NCBI GenBank assembly: GCA_002633005.1
Contig: NMRA01000529.1
Span: 186,001-250,000, forward strand
Direction: 5' to 3'
Length of the DNA: 64,000 bases
DNA from: Phoronis australis
Taxonomy: Eukaryota; Animalia; Phoronida
Shown here piece by piece: positions 12,901 to 27,900 of this stretch. How positions within the stretch are numbered: position 1 is the first letter of the stretch; every line of letters begins with the position of its first letter. Under the pieces are notes generated by a model. It was given only the letters and a program-made list of their open reading frames with translations. It ran no database searches and had not been told where the DNA came from. Both the position numbers and the translations under genes were made by a program.

Positions 12901-15900
12901 AGAACAGAACGTGCCATTGCCCTCATAGCCCTTGCGACAAGTACATTTGTAGAAACCAATGGCGTTGATACACCTTGCATTCGGGTCACATGTATTTCCG
13001 GTAATGCATTCATCAACATCTGAAATAAATACAGATTATTGAATCATTCTCTTTCCCGTCAAATGTGACATGTGAAGACCAATTCTCGTTGATTGGTTGT
13101 ATCAAATTGATAAATTAAGTTTGAGACGTCTGCAAAGTGGCTCCAAAACAGTCTAACAATTAAGTATACTTACCAGCACAAAACGTTCCGTTGCCCTCGA
13201 ACCCTTTCCGACAAGTACAGTTGTAGGAACCAATGACGTTGGTGCAACTTGCATTTTTATGGCATGCCGCACTTCCTTCACTGCATTCGTCTATATCTGA
13301 AAGTAATCAATTATTGGCTTGGGTACGTCATCCTCAATTAGTTTAAATTGCAAAATGGGTCCTAGTGCAAACAAAACGGATATGAAGCACAAACCCTTTC
13401 GACAACTACAATTACAAAAACCAAGGGCGGCGGTACCAGTACGAAAACATTCAGGTCAGGTGGGATGCTTTCGTAAAGTAGTCCATATTAAAAAAACGAC
13501 ATGATATTTTAATATTTCTCACGTGACCTGTAATGAGTTACGACAAGATTGGTTAACAACACATAATTCGTGATTTTTTTAATAATACATGGGCGAATCA
13601 CAAAATACTACAAAGTTGAAATGCACACGCTTTATATTTTATTTTATTTCAAACATTAATATCAACAACCAACGAGTGGGGCCGTGAGCTCGGCTGGCTT
13701 TTCAGTGTTTTTTGCAATCAAGTTAGTCGATTCGGCTAGTCTGAGTGCCAAAAACAGAAAAAAGAACAACGCTCCGAATCCCCATCAAAGACCTGCCAAC
13801 CTTACAAATGTCGTTCCCAGCAAAGTTTAATCATCCTGTCTGCTCTTCAGTGAATAGCAGATTCAAGCTGTTAACTAAAAATGTATCTAAACTTAGCATG
13901 AAATATATTGTTAACAAGTGAATAACAGAAAGCAAATCATAAAAATGCAAAATCACGTCCATTCACGTTAACGTACCCTCTCCCTAAGTTTAGTAAAGCA
14001 GAGCCATCGGTAGCAGCTCGTGGAACTACATGTGTTTCCCTGGCAACAATAGCAAACTCACAATTCGCTACATAAGGCCATGTTCTTACACCATTTTCTG
14101 CTTTTAACACACAAACTTGAATCAGGGAAGAATTTTATGTAGGTAAGTCTGATGGATGTCATTCGGCGACGTAAATGTAAAATCATTATGAATTGTGTAC
14201 AAAAGCGCGAAGATACACCTAATGGCACAGGTCGCTAGTCGAAGGGGTACTGGGCCGTCGGTCGTGGGGATTGTGGGGGTTGTGGGGTGTGGTCTTGAGG
14301 GGGTTGAGGGGTCAAGGGGGTCGACGAGGATTTAGAACAATCGTCTCCTACCGCCGAGTAAATTCTCACAAAATAACCACATCAGTAAGGCATGCCGTAA
14401 ATAGCTTTTTCTAACTACACTGAAGACTGCTGGCTGTGAAAAATATCACAGTGCCACAATGGCAAAGCCTTTGATAAATTCGCCCCTATTAATCCCAAGA
14501 ATCACTTTTGGAGATCTTTGTTAAGAAACCTTTTACTTATGAAGCGTGGTTATTTCCCGCTATAATACTGGTGTGGACTACACTACCACACATGTTTTTG
14601 AAGTGAATGAGTTTTCGATGAGGCAATTCTGTACCAGCCCAATTTGTCCCAACTTATGCATTTTGCCAGTTTGGGCCATCACTGCTTGCTACTCCACAAA
14701 CGAGTTATTTTACATAAAAAACTTCCAGCATAAAAACTATCATTTTCGAATTAAATCAGCACAGCACTAGTACAGTGTATAGTCCACTTCCCAAAAGAAA
14801 TCTAGTTCTGAACCTCGTGTACGTCAAAATTGACCCAACGGCCCAAATTGATATTGTTCTCCTACGTGCCACTTTGGCTCAGCATTACCGGAAGTGATCA
14901 AAATTGACGCAACTCCCGGGTCTTGTCAAATCCCCAAAATACCTAGGGCCTCATACAGTGTACCTACTATCCGGCCTTAATGCACACTCCTTGTAAAACC
15001 TCCCAACGATGTATTATTGTAAAACACATGTGTAAAAAATATATTACAGCTCAAAATGCTTCAAGACGTCCAGGGTTTGATACTCAATATTTCAATGGCT
15101 CATCGCCTTCTGATTATACCATGAATGATGTACTTTGATTGACGAGACTCGGGAAAGTCTATATCACCTTTCTCCCACCAAATAGAGAAGTCGAGATACG
15201 GCTACGTTCAAAGACATTTGTAAACGCTTGCATAGGTTGCCTTTGTAGTCTATGACTGAGTCTGCTGAAGTCACATTACTACGAACCGATCACAACTACT
15301 TGTGGACCCAAGACACAGCCAAGTCGCAAATAAACACCATTATCAAATTCCCAATTTTAGGGTTGGCCAACAGCAAAACATTCTGAAATGTTCTTTTGAC
15401 TTGTTGCTTGGCAAAGCCGATAGAATCCCTTTAGGAGCGTACAAGGCGTAATTCGATTTCCGTGTTCAGCCATCTTAACAGGCAAAACGCGACTTAAAAC
15501 AACCAAAGCAAATTACCAGAGCAAAACGTCCCATTCCCTTCAAAGCCTTCACGACAGCTGCAGTTGTAGGACCCAATGACGTTGGTGCATGTAGCATACT
15601 CGTCACAAGTTGCAGATTTGGCATGGCATTCATTAATATCTGAAAAAATGACGATGATGGACATTGTTAGGTACATGTAAATACACACGATTTCGGACTA
15701 CACTGGGTTATATAGCACCAACAGAGAACGGAAATTGTCGTAACGTCATCGGCCATAGATGTAAGATGTTTGATGAAACATTTGCCCAAAATTATCAACA
15801 CTTCTTGGATTTCCATTTAGATATGTAGTAACAACACGTCACCATAGAAAACTGAGATATTTTCAACAAACCATGCACTTTCTGGTATGCACTATTTTAA

Positions 15901-18900
15901 AAATGTTAATCAAGTTAGGATCGTGCTTATTTAACTTGTTAAAACTATTATTATTTAACCAAAGCACATTACCAGAGCAGAACGTCCCATTGCCCGCAAA
16001 GCCTTCCCGGCAACTGCAGTTGTACGAACCAACGATGTTGGTACACGTAGCATTTGGATCACATGATGCACTTCCGGTATGACATTCGTTTATGTCTGAA
16101 AAACCATCGTTGATATATAGTACAGCGTGACGTGTGATTTCATACCAAACGCGTTTTAGCCGAGCAAGGGAGATCACAAAATGGGCATTACGCCATTCCT
16201 GCCGGAATTACAATACCTCCGCGTAATGATAAGCCCTTATGTTACATCTACTTCGCGACTCTTTAAAGTATTCGTCACAATGGGAAATGAAGGAATTATT
16301 TAGAACATATTATTTTTGAAAGCCGCCTTTAAAATTTTATTTAGTGAACGCAAACTACCAAAGCAATTATTACCAAAACAATTGTTGTCAGTGCCGTCAA
16401 AACCTTCAAGACAACTGCAGTTGTAGGAACCATACGTGTTGGTGCAAGTTGCATTTGGGCCACAGCGTGAAATTCCAGTTAAGCACTCGTCAATATCTGA
16501 AAACAGACATGATATGTATTTAGTACTGTAAAACGTTCAAACCTACTGTCTTTTACTCAAGATCTCTACTGTTTAAACGCTTTTGCGCAATGTGTTATGA
16601 CTTGTACATGTATCCTCGGCAATAAGCTCCGTCGTTTGAGCTCTAATCGGGAATGCAGGTTACGGTGGATTTCATACCAGTATCAAGACATGCTCAAGAA
16701 TATTCCGTATTAAGACTAGTCCTATGGCCTAAATTGCACAGCTGTAACAGATGATTGATGCCGACTGTGATGACCAATGTCTCTGTGGCGAAAACGACGA
16801 CGATATAGTACATGACTGCAGTGTCAGTGATGCCACCACACCCGACGACATCGCCGCAAAACACTATACAGCCATTGACAAACGACAACACAAATAGCTT
16901 AGATAAGGTCTCGTGCAAATTAAACATAAGCAATTGTCACTTCATGAAGTTCTAACGAAAAAGACCTTGCTGACTTAGATGACGACAGCAGCAATGATGA
17001 GGAATAGGACAAAGACAACAATCATGGAAACACTGAAGGATTGAATTTCAATTGACACGAACGGATTAACCAATCAAAAAAAGAGCAGTCGTTAGCCGCT
17101 GGAATAGCTTGAGAATGTTAAGTCGCAAAAACAAATGATGAAAAACCTGTTACAATTCGTCCATGCATTCATTTCAACACCAAATGTCACCATTCATTTT
17201 GGGAAAGCGCGGTTTCAGCTTTGAAAAGGGAAACAACGAGAAATGGTCACCACATCCTGCACAAAATGAAAAGCATCTACAATTTGCAGAGTTGGGTGCG
17301 GCCTGCAGGTGCCCAGACAAACAATAGACCGTCACGACACAACAGGAAATTTAATTTTGCTAAGCAAAATTTGGAATAGTAACCATACACTACCGCAATA
17401 AATCGTCCAATTTCTCGGGCTCTCGGACGAATTACAAATCTTGCAAGCCTCGCTCGGATGAGTCTGGTTGTGTACATAACAAGCACCGTCGATGAAGCAG
17501 ACTTCAGGTGACTGCTTTACTACGGACCATTTGGTTGCTGCTACGGTTGGGTCACAGATTTTGCACAAGTCTGTTGGGTGTCTCTGACTAGACGAATAAC
17601 ATCTGCCTTCGATAATACAGGCAGTGGGCGAATGTGACCAGGATGATCGGTTCTGGCGTGGGTCACAGATGTTGCAATCGTTCAGAGGATCGGTCTGGTT
17701 AGGTGCGTAGCAACCTCCATCAATGATGCATGAGTTCAACTGAAAATGGAACGTACATGTACTACACACAAACAGTTTGCGAACATGCGCAAATACTATT
17801 GGCTGCACTTGGTTATCTTCGCTCGGTTACGCTGGGTCAACTGTATGAGGCATACAACATGTAAACAGTTGAGTCCACCAATATTTGAGTAAGTTAGGTA
17901 ATGCTTATGAATATCAAAGTAAAATTAATTAATAAGTTCTCATGCTCTAAATAACATTTTTCCTAATATAAGGACACGAGCACCTGAAATTGCCATCATA
18001 TTTTTACTGACGTGTAAAAATGGCATTAAACAGGAAAATTGTTCCTTGGATGTACACCTGTATGAAAATCACTAAACCGAACCAAGTAAGATATAAGATG
18101 GCTTCTAATGTTATTCGTGAATTTAAAGAACATTGGATTATCGGTGTTGTTATCCACGCAGGTGACATGATGTTACTGTGGTTATCCTCAGATCTCTAAC
18201 ATTACTTGCCTGTCGATAACCCACCCCAATCCCAGCTTGGTACACCAAACAGGAATGAAGGTCTGTATACTATGTACATGTATAGCAAAACATGGTGCAC
18301 GATATGTATTTCAGATTGTTCAACGAATGCACATTTGCCACTCTGAATATGTGAGAAAAAATTTCCAGTGTTGTGACCTCAAAAATTAAGTTCAACTTGC
18401 TACCGAAATGGAAAAATAGCCAACCCTAAAATGATTGCTTTCCATTTTAATTCATTTGATCACTTTGTTTTTCTCATAGTTTTATGCACCACGCCCGTAT
18501 ACTCCTGTTGACCTAATCTCCCAATAATGACAATGTAAAACCATCTCTGAAATTACATTTTCCACACATGTTGTAGTGTTGATGTCACACGTATAGCAAA
18601 CGGAGTTGAACACAAGCAGTACGCCATATCTGCTCTTCAATACTCCATCGTTGCTAACATGCACTTTATACGCGATCGGTTCGTACGTTCCACGAGACTG
18701 GTCGGCGAGCTCGTTTGCTTCAGGGATTGGGCACGTGACTTCGGCATAACTCTCAAATTTAGCAGTCTTTGAAATACTTGAATTGGTGACGGCCATCATT
18801 CCCGTGGAGTTGATCTATTTGGAAAGGAATATAGAGCAGTCAATATTTCTCTACTTATAAAATCTTTACCACTAGTAATTAACAAGGCATGCAAAAGTAA

Positions 18901-21900
18901 AGTTATGTTTGTGTTCAAAATATGGCACCACACACATGTAGTTTACACGTTTGAAAATCAAAATGATCGATCTGATAACTAAATCATGAAACCAAACTAT
19001 TTACCAAATATACGTGCACTTTTGATAAGAACATTGACGAGTGGTTAACCCACCTCATTATTGAAAAGCAACGATTACGTCATGCAAAAGGCAAGTACGC
19101 GTTCGTAAATGAATCTCGGTCATAATCAAGATTACGCAAGAGCATGGAAAATCACACCTGTCCAGTAAAATGTGAATGGTTCTCGAATATGATTTGGATT
19201 TTAACAGTATACTGTAGCAGAAGGAATGCCATTGGTGTACATTGTAATTGTTTGGTGATCCTTAAGAGGCTCACAAAAGCTTTTTACAACACCGTCGTGA
19301 ATCCTTTGCCAGCTAACTTTGTTTTTCATAAAGTGCAAGTCATACCTTTTGTTCGTAAAAATGACATGTCAAATTGTCCCCTTCCAAGAAATTGTCCCCA
19401 ATGACAGGATTTGTTCGGCACGGACGCGTCTTCATGTCACATATGGGTGTATAGAACAGTATTGGGGAAGCAGTGGTGTTGATGGCACAATCGGGGCCTG
19501 CGAAACCTTCGAAGCACGTGCACGAGCCTACGGTAAACAGAAGTATGGTAATGTTTATATTATTGAGGTTGTACAGTTTCGGAGCCATTTCTTTAAAGTT
19601 GCTAGACCAGCGTTAGGCAAAAAAGAGGTAAAATTCCCATCAAAACAGAAATAACTGTGCGTTACATGCGGAGACGAATCACGACGATTGATCCAGGAAC
19701 AATAACATCAATTGAACGGCGTGCCCTTGCATTCCCTTATAAAATCGAGGAAGCACCTATCGTTAATGTCCGCAAAATTGCCAGTGACCTAAACTTTTTT
19801 CAAACTTGTTCATCCGTTCCTCACCCTTGAACCAGTGCCGCTTTTGACATAGCTTGCAACCTTGGAAGTTCTGAGATGCCACGAAAGCGAAGAACTTCAC
19901 TGGGACTGAGCGAGTCGGCAAAGAATAAACGAATGAAAAACGTTGAAATGGCAATACCAAGGTGATAATTGGGCAGCACATCAAAATATGGAATGCTCAG
20001 CACTCATTGCAAAAACACCCTACTTGCTAAGGTTTTTTTGGACCCTTATAATCACTGGAGTAAATATCAAGCGTGAGTATCTTATATTGCCACATGATGC
20101 CAGCCACGGTTCACTTCCCACGCTCTCAATTCTGGCCTTACCCTGACATTTCTTGCGGGGGTTCTTAAGATTCAGCCATTCCCCATTTAGATGTCAAATG
20201 CTTGACTACGCCTATAGTACAGCCTGATCACTAAAGACGCTTATTACGTACGATCTTAGTACATGTACAGTGTAGTATTATGCGTTATTACGTATGTAGA
20301 ATCTTCACCTGTGTACAAGAGTTAGACGCAGAATTTGACACGAAGCATGTGTTTATGGTGTCGCTGGCGTTTTGGAAAATTTAAGTTGAAATTAAAAGTC
20401 TACCTGATGAATATTTATAAGCTGTGATTGTGAGACCATATACATGTATTTTTATCAAAGTTGCTATGTCGACTCTAAACACGTGTGTCGTATTTGCAAA
20501 CTTTTCTCTCGCCCACCTTTATATGAGCGACATTAACTCCATACCTACCATTGACACAGTCTCCATTATTGTTGCATTCGTTAAAGCATATAACGCCCTC
20601 TATATCCGGTGGAGGAACAGTAACGTTGGAGCCAGGTGCCTGTACCCATAGTGTGGTGTTCTTATCCAGTTCCGCCGCACATTGTTGTTTGACAGTGTCC
20701 AACGCAGCGGAGGCCCAGTTAGGGTCATTGGTGGCCTGAGAGAACATGCTTAATACAATTATTCGATTAAATGATGTTTACCAACAGTTATGAGACTTAT
20801 TTCAAGTAGCAAATTGCTAGCGAAGTGAGTTGAAGGTTTCCATTTCCAAAACCAAATATTGTTACTGTTACTAATTACAAATAGCAGGTTCACTGTGCAT
20901 TAAAAACGGTTGAAGCATTTCACCTATGTATTTTTGGGGAAATTTAATGCTCCAAAAGTATGTAATTTAATAATTTGTTTGGGGGGAACTGCACATAGGA
21001 AAAGATGACTGAGAAAAACTATAACAAAATTCGGATGTTGCCAACATGGAAATTATTAAATGCTGGGATACAAAAAAAACGTAAATAAAGAAAATGTTGT
21101 ACTGGTGGACTCTTGGGGCTGATTTAGTTATTGAACCTGATTTTTTCTTTCTTTGCAGATATCCCCAGACGTGTGTGAGTGCGTGTGTGTATGTGTGTGT
21201 AGGTGGATGTGTTTTAATTATGTCATAATATTTGTAATTTTACTTATACCAATAAAGTATTCATACAAAAATTGCAGTGCTTTATAATCAACATACAATA
21301 ACATCGACATTTTCAAACAAACAACCTTGTAATACACACGTAGCTGGGTGCACAGTTCCTCTGAAAAGTGAACACAACACGAAACATTTCAGCATTTGCC
21401 GTTCAAAAACCACATAAACACGTTTTCTTTATTTCTTGTCTTATTGACTGCGCCAGTACACCTGGCTCTATAGGCTAAGATATCTAACTGGTCCATAAGC
21501 AGATATCTTCATCGAGGACCAATCAGATATCTGAGTCTGTTGAACCGGCGAAGTGAATCAAGCGCAATCATTGTGTTAAGTAAATATGCCTGACGTACCA
21601 CGAGATCTAAAGTACATGATTCTATCGGTGCATCTGTCTCGACATTAAGTTCGCTGCATCTTTTTCCTGCCTCTGTATCAAAGATGTACTTGTGGCAGAA
21701 GGCGTAAGCTGTTTCATTGGTATATTGAGTGGATCTTTTAAATCGACGCTGAAAGCAACAAACCGTCATTCATTAACACTTGAACCTCAGTGCACCGCAG
21801 GCGTAGGGTAGGTTTCTGAGCTGTGGGCATTAAATGAACGACAATTGAGCAGCCAGATCACGTCGAAGAGAGAACAATTGAATGGAGTAGTCAACAGGTC

Positions 21901-24900
21901 CTTAAATTAAGCTATTGCGTGTAATTGAGCTGAGAGCTCCACCTATTGACCAGTTGATCACACTCCAGCGCATTGCTCTCCGTCTGAGATCTCCCAAAGT
22001 GCACAGTGACAAGCGAAACTTATCATACCAGGGATTTGACTTTTGAATACTCACGGATAAGTTGTCAGTGAAATGATATACACTGTAAGAGCAGCCATTT
22101 TTGATATGGTGCCTGTGATTGACATAACGTTTTACACAAATGCAGTTATTGATATGAGAGAACTTCTTAGCATAAGGGAGTGAAGTAGCAACCGTTCCTG
22201 CAATATTGTTAATGAGAATCAAACATTCTGTCAGATTTCGAACCCCTTACTTTCTTAAAATGTTTTTAAATTTGTGTTTTGAAAACTACATGAAATTTAA
22301 CGTTGATTTATACAGTATACATGTATCTTGGAATTGTAACGCAGTGTCTGATATTTTACATGGTTTGCATCATTAGTAGAATACAATGTACAAACTAACA
22401 AATATTCCACTGCATTTTACCAAGTGCTATGTTTTGTGCTAACTATGACCCAATGAAGAGTAGTTCAAACGACTATTAAACGTAATGAGAGCTCATTCCA
22501 ACTCGATGTGGAATAACTCGTACGAACGGACTATAGCAGATCCACTGCCATATTGTAATTAGTCGCACACACAAACACACACAAACACACACGCACACCC
22601 ACCCACCTACCCAAAAATACATACACATAAACATTTTTATACGACATGAAACTTTTTCACTTGTCGACTCACCACGAAATGATGGTGGATGATAATATCA
22701 TCGTCCGCGCGGGGCTGAGACACCAGAAAGTAATCACTTTCGTCGTAATCTAGAAAGTCTAAGTGATCGTGCCAGGTCGTGTCTCTTCGTCTGCGGCACG
22801 CTTCAAATCGACTGTCTGAAACATCCCTCTGGTAAGCCTTTGGGTCGCACACCGGCACATCACCTCCAATTTTGCATTGAGTACCAAAGTCGACAACGCC
22901 GTCTTCGCCGCAAGTACAATACACGTGGCCCCCAAAATCGCTTAAACGCGAGTCGTCTTTAAATATGTCTGAATTCCAATGTAGTATACTTTTGTCTTTT
23001 CCCACCCTACGAAGAGAACGCCCAATTAGCTAAATGGTCCTGTCGACACCATAAGCATCTTTCGATGTTCAGAATTTCAGCCAAAACCGCCATAGTGTAG
23101 CTAAAGGTTTTAGATTGCTAAAAATAATTTAAATTGAAAGTGATCTCCAACTTGTCCGTGCCAACCAAATTATATCCCCCCTTGCATATGATAATAACCA
23201 AGTGCTCAGGACAGCGTTTGTCATCAACCCTTAAGCATATTAAAGCCTTAATTGCTCTAAACAGTAAGCGAAGCGAATCTCAGTCTTGTTTTCATGCATA
23301 TCGAGTCAGACATATTGCATAAGTTCTAATCATATACTAGAAGACCACGCAAGATTTCCAAAATAAGAATGCAAACACGTGTTGGAACGAAAAATAAAAC
23401 ACAAATCAAAGAAAAAAACTTTGTTTTCGATATTAGTTGAAGTATTTAATGATAGTGTGGTTAAACCTTGACAAGTATAAGAGTAATGATCGAGCAGCCT
23501 CTAAATGGTGTTCAAATAGATTGCACTAGAGGGCGTCATCCTTATTAAACAGGCTCCAAACTAGTGATTTCTGACTCGGATGTCATACACTCTAGGTATC
23601 TAACAATTCTTCCACCAACAGCCTCACCTCCAACTTTCAGTAAATTCTTCAGGATGATACGGGTATTGATATCCACACCCTGTGTGGTAACCTGATGGCA
23701 AGGTCTGGGATCCTCTTGGAATAAGATCATTGGAGCAGTCGTTGTCATATAGGCCACACAGACCCTCTGACAGTTGCCAGTCCTTCCCGGAAGCTTCGAC
23801 GTAAAGGTTAATGAAGGAACTCCATGAGTCTTCGACAGTGACGGTAGTGCCAGTGTGCAATTGAACCTGGAATAATGGAGTGTCTTAAAGAAATGTGAAC
23901 AAAAAACACTTGTCACCGCGAACACATTTGTGGTTGTAGTTGCTAAACGCCCAGCAGCCAGTAATTAATAACGTAGATTTCAATGCAGTATGCAATGGTT
24001 TCTGAGACAGGTGACTAAAATTAAAACTTTATGCATTACGAAAACACTTGTTAGCTTACACGGTGTTGTATAACCATATGAACATCCTACCCACATACAT
24101 GTAGGAGGTTAGCATTGGAATTACCACATATCTTCGCCCGCCATTTTCCTGTAGAATTCGGGTCCCTCTCAACTGCGAGCATGAACCACGGGTGGCCAGT
24201 CGCAGCCTGTTCATCGAACCCCACGCACTGATGTCAATCACGCCTCGCCCACATTTATCAAACAATATGACGTCACCTGCGGCCAGGATACCCACTGCGC
24301 AGTTGCAGTATGGTGGGCGGTTGTTTCTTCCGCAGCTTTTGTATTGGGCATGCACCTAGCGTACACATATAACAATCAAATAGGAATTCATAGATTAGAT
24401 CCTGTGCAGACGGAAAGTTAAGAGCTTAGACGTCTTCCTCAATAGAAGTTTGCCTCTAGATCATTTTGAAAAGTTGAGGCACATAGAGATGCGGCAATCT
24501 TACTGGCATGTAAGCTACATCCATAGTGATAAACGTAGATATTGTAGCCGTCAATACAGAGCAAGCAAAAGTGAAAATTTGTTACCACGTGACATAATAA
24601 TTTCTATTGGATAACACCAAAGTTCATCGAAACATTTAAGTCACCCCACCTGGTGAAAAAAGAAACGTAAGGCAATATGAACAAGGTTCGTGCTGACACA
24701 GCCACACATGTAAGCTGTCCGTCGAAAATAGAATTGATGAATTGCATTCGAGTTAGCTCTGGTCCGCTGGACAATACTAAAAATTAAAATCCTAACACCT
24801 AGGTATCTTTGCACTATTTTGACATTTCCATTTTTGACTTCGAGACTTGTGTCCTAGAGGTGATTAAACCAAACCGAAAAAATACCTTCACCAGCAATAC

Positions 24901-27900
24901 AGAGGTCACTAATTCAAAATTAAAGTAAAATGTCAAGATCCTGAACAGAGAACAATACTGGTTTCAGCGAGGTACCCTGGAGACTTTGCTAATCAACTAT
25001 TCCAATTCATAACCTAGCAAAAAAGATGGAGTTCAGTTCAAATTGCCGTCTGCTTTGGATGAAAATTCGACAGAGAACCTCGCATGAGATGGAAATAGAC
25101 TACGGTTTCCTCAAATCTCCAGTGTCATCTTCGTTTTCAATGTGTGGTGCCTTCCTAGTGCTAAGATTTTAATTTTGTAAATAGTATCCAGCAGATTATA
25201 TTTAATATGAATACAATCAACTTTCCTGCAAAGATCAACATCCATATTTTATAATAAACAATTGGATGCTTTTGGTTCTGCCAGGTGGATCCACCGGATG
25301 AAACATGCCATTNTAACCATATGAACATCCTACCCACATACATGTAGGAGGTTAGCATTGGAATTACCACATATCTTCGCCCGCCATTTTCCTGTAGAAT
25401 TCGGGTCCCTCTCAACTGCGAGCATGAACCACGGGTGGCCAGTCGCAGCCTGTTCATCGAACCCCACGCACTGATGTCAATCACGCCTCGCCCACATTTA
25501 TCAAACAATATGACGTCACCTGCGGCCAGGATACCCACTGCGCAGTTGCAGTATGGTGGGCGGTTGTTTCTTCCGCAGCTTTTGTATTGGGCATGCACCT
25601 AGCGGACACATATAACAATCAAATAGGAATTCATAGATTAGATCCTGTGCAGACGGAAAGTTAAGAGCTTAGACGTCTTCCTCAATAGAAGTTTGCCTCT
25701 AGATCATTTTGAAAAGTTGAGGCACATAGAGATGCGGCAATCTTACTGGCATGTAAGCTACATTCATAGTGATAAACGTAGATATTGTAGCCGTCAATAC
25801 AGAGCAAGCAAAAGTGAAAATTTGTTGCCAAGTGACATAATAATTTCTATTGGATAACACCAAAGTTCATCGAAACATTTAAGTCACCTCGCCTAGTGAA
25901 AAAAGAAACGTAAGGCAATATGAACAAGGTTCGTGCTGACACAGCCACACCTGTAAGCTGTCCGTCGAAAATAGAATTGATGAATTGCATTCGAGTTAGC
26001 TCTGGTCCGCTGGACAATACTAAAAATTAAAATCCTAACACCTAGATATCTTTGCACTATTTTGACATTTCCATTTTTGACTTCGAGACTTGTGTCCTAG
26101 AGGTGATTAAAACAACCGAAAAAATACCTTCACCAGCAAGACATAGGTCACTAATTCAAAATTAAAGTAAAATGTCAAGATCCTGAACAGAGAACAATAC
26201 TGGTTTCAGCGAGGTACCCTGAGTTCAAATTGCCGTCTGCTTTGGATGAAAAGTCGACAGAGAACCTCGCATGAGATGGAAATAGACTACGGTTTCCTCC
26301 AATCTCCAGTGTCATCTTCGTTTTCAATGTGTGGCGCCTTCCTGGTGCTAGGATTTTAATTTTGTAAATAGTATCTAGCAGATAATATTTAATATGAATA
26401 CAATCAGCTTTCCTGCAAAGATCAACATCCATATTTTATAATAAACAATTGGCTGCTTTTGGTTCTGCCAGGTGGATCCACCGGATGAAACATGCCATTC
26501 ATTTATATCGGAAGATTTTATGGAGAACCAATCAGAGCTGTGCTCTGTAGAACCATGACATCACAGCCACCGTGCAAGAATGGTAGTCTCGAACACACTT
26601 GTGAAGCAATCGTCTTTCTCTTGCGGAATCTTGCTTGTCCGAGACTGACCCAACTGAACTGGCTGAATAAACAGAATGCAGCCACTGATTTTAAATATGT
26701 ATGTTACGTTTAACCGCTTAACGTACCTCCAGCGGTTGGGTTTTGTGTCTGTACAGCACGAATTCTCCTTCTTTTTGAAGTTCATAATATCTGAAACCAT
26801 GTTATTAATTGTCAGTAACATGCTCATCTCACCAGGGAAAACTGCTCATTGAAAAGTCTTTATGTCAGTTATGCATAGGTATTGTCAGTGACTTTTTGAA
26901 TATTTTGAATTGGTATTCAAAGACATTTTATAGCTTAACTATTTAAAGTAGGTCAAACGTTATTTCTATCTAATATTCCAGATGTTGTGTTTAACAAGCA
27001 CCAATTTGCAACTGACCTGCCATCGAACGACCTCATGTGAGGGTCATTGGTACTTCTGCAGACGGAAACACTGCTGTCTTTGTCTTTGATTGATATCTGA
27101 AAAAACAATGATCTTATAATTTCCTAGGAAACCAATTATATGTACATCCACGTAATGTGGCGGGAATTGAGCGATTCTTTCCCGCATTTTTAGAGTCGGG
27201 TTTGAATGAACAGCATTTGTGTGTCAACACTGCGAGCTCAGTTGTCTTCCTGATCGAACGAACTATACATGTACAATGCCTATCGAAAATTGTTTCCTAT
27301 TGGACGCGGCTAGGCCATATCTGGATGAAGGTTCCAAATCGCAGTTAGATCAATGATAGACCCTATTCGGACTGTGCTAATAACACGTCTACGTAAGAGC
27401 AATTATATGATTTACAGTAAATACTAGTTCATGCTGTTGTCGTATTTTCTCGTCTTGGCGTGAGGTCACGGGCCAGATATCGTGCATTGTGCTGACTCTA
27501 TGCAACAGGCAATACGTACAGATGCCATATTTGAAGTTTCAGTGTTAGGGTTGGCCATTCACTATGCACTCTGAAGCGTTTAAGCGTTTTCTTGAATAGC
27601 TGGTGCTTTCGATATTTTAGTTGCTAATAGAAATATAATCCTAACATGGACATGATTTTTATGCCGAGAACACTTTTATAAAAGTAAATAGCCCGAATCA
27701 ATTTTCCTTTCAGTCAGCTCAACACAACGAATTGCAGCTTTAAGAAACAGTTATTCTCAATTATTTACTTACCTTTATATCAGGCAGAGAGTAGTTAGAC
27801 CAGACAGTATGGCCCTCTACAACTTCCGGTGTTCGTAGTCTCACATTACGCAAAGCATGAGATTTCTGTGAAAACAAAATACCGTTTCAATCTTAAGTAC

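Larger units (their letters stand above)
24071..26499. repeat. Near-identical tandem duplication (24071-25312 / 25314-26499) joined by a single N
   Basis: Copies differ by scattered SNPs and a ~55-bp indel; the N at 25313 lies exactly at the junction. Confidence 0.95.

Noticed and set aside
6078-16082. Plus-strand ORFs containing [15 protein letters not shown]
   Set aside because: Antisense shadows of the EGF exons
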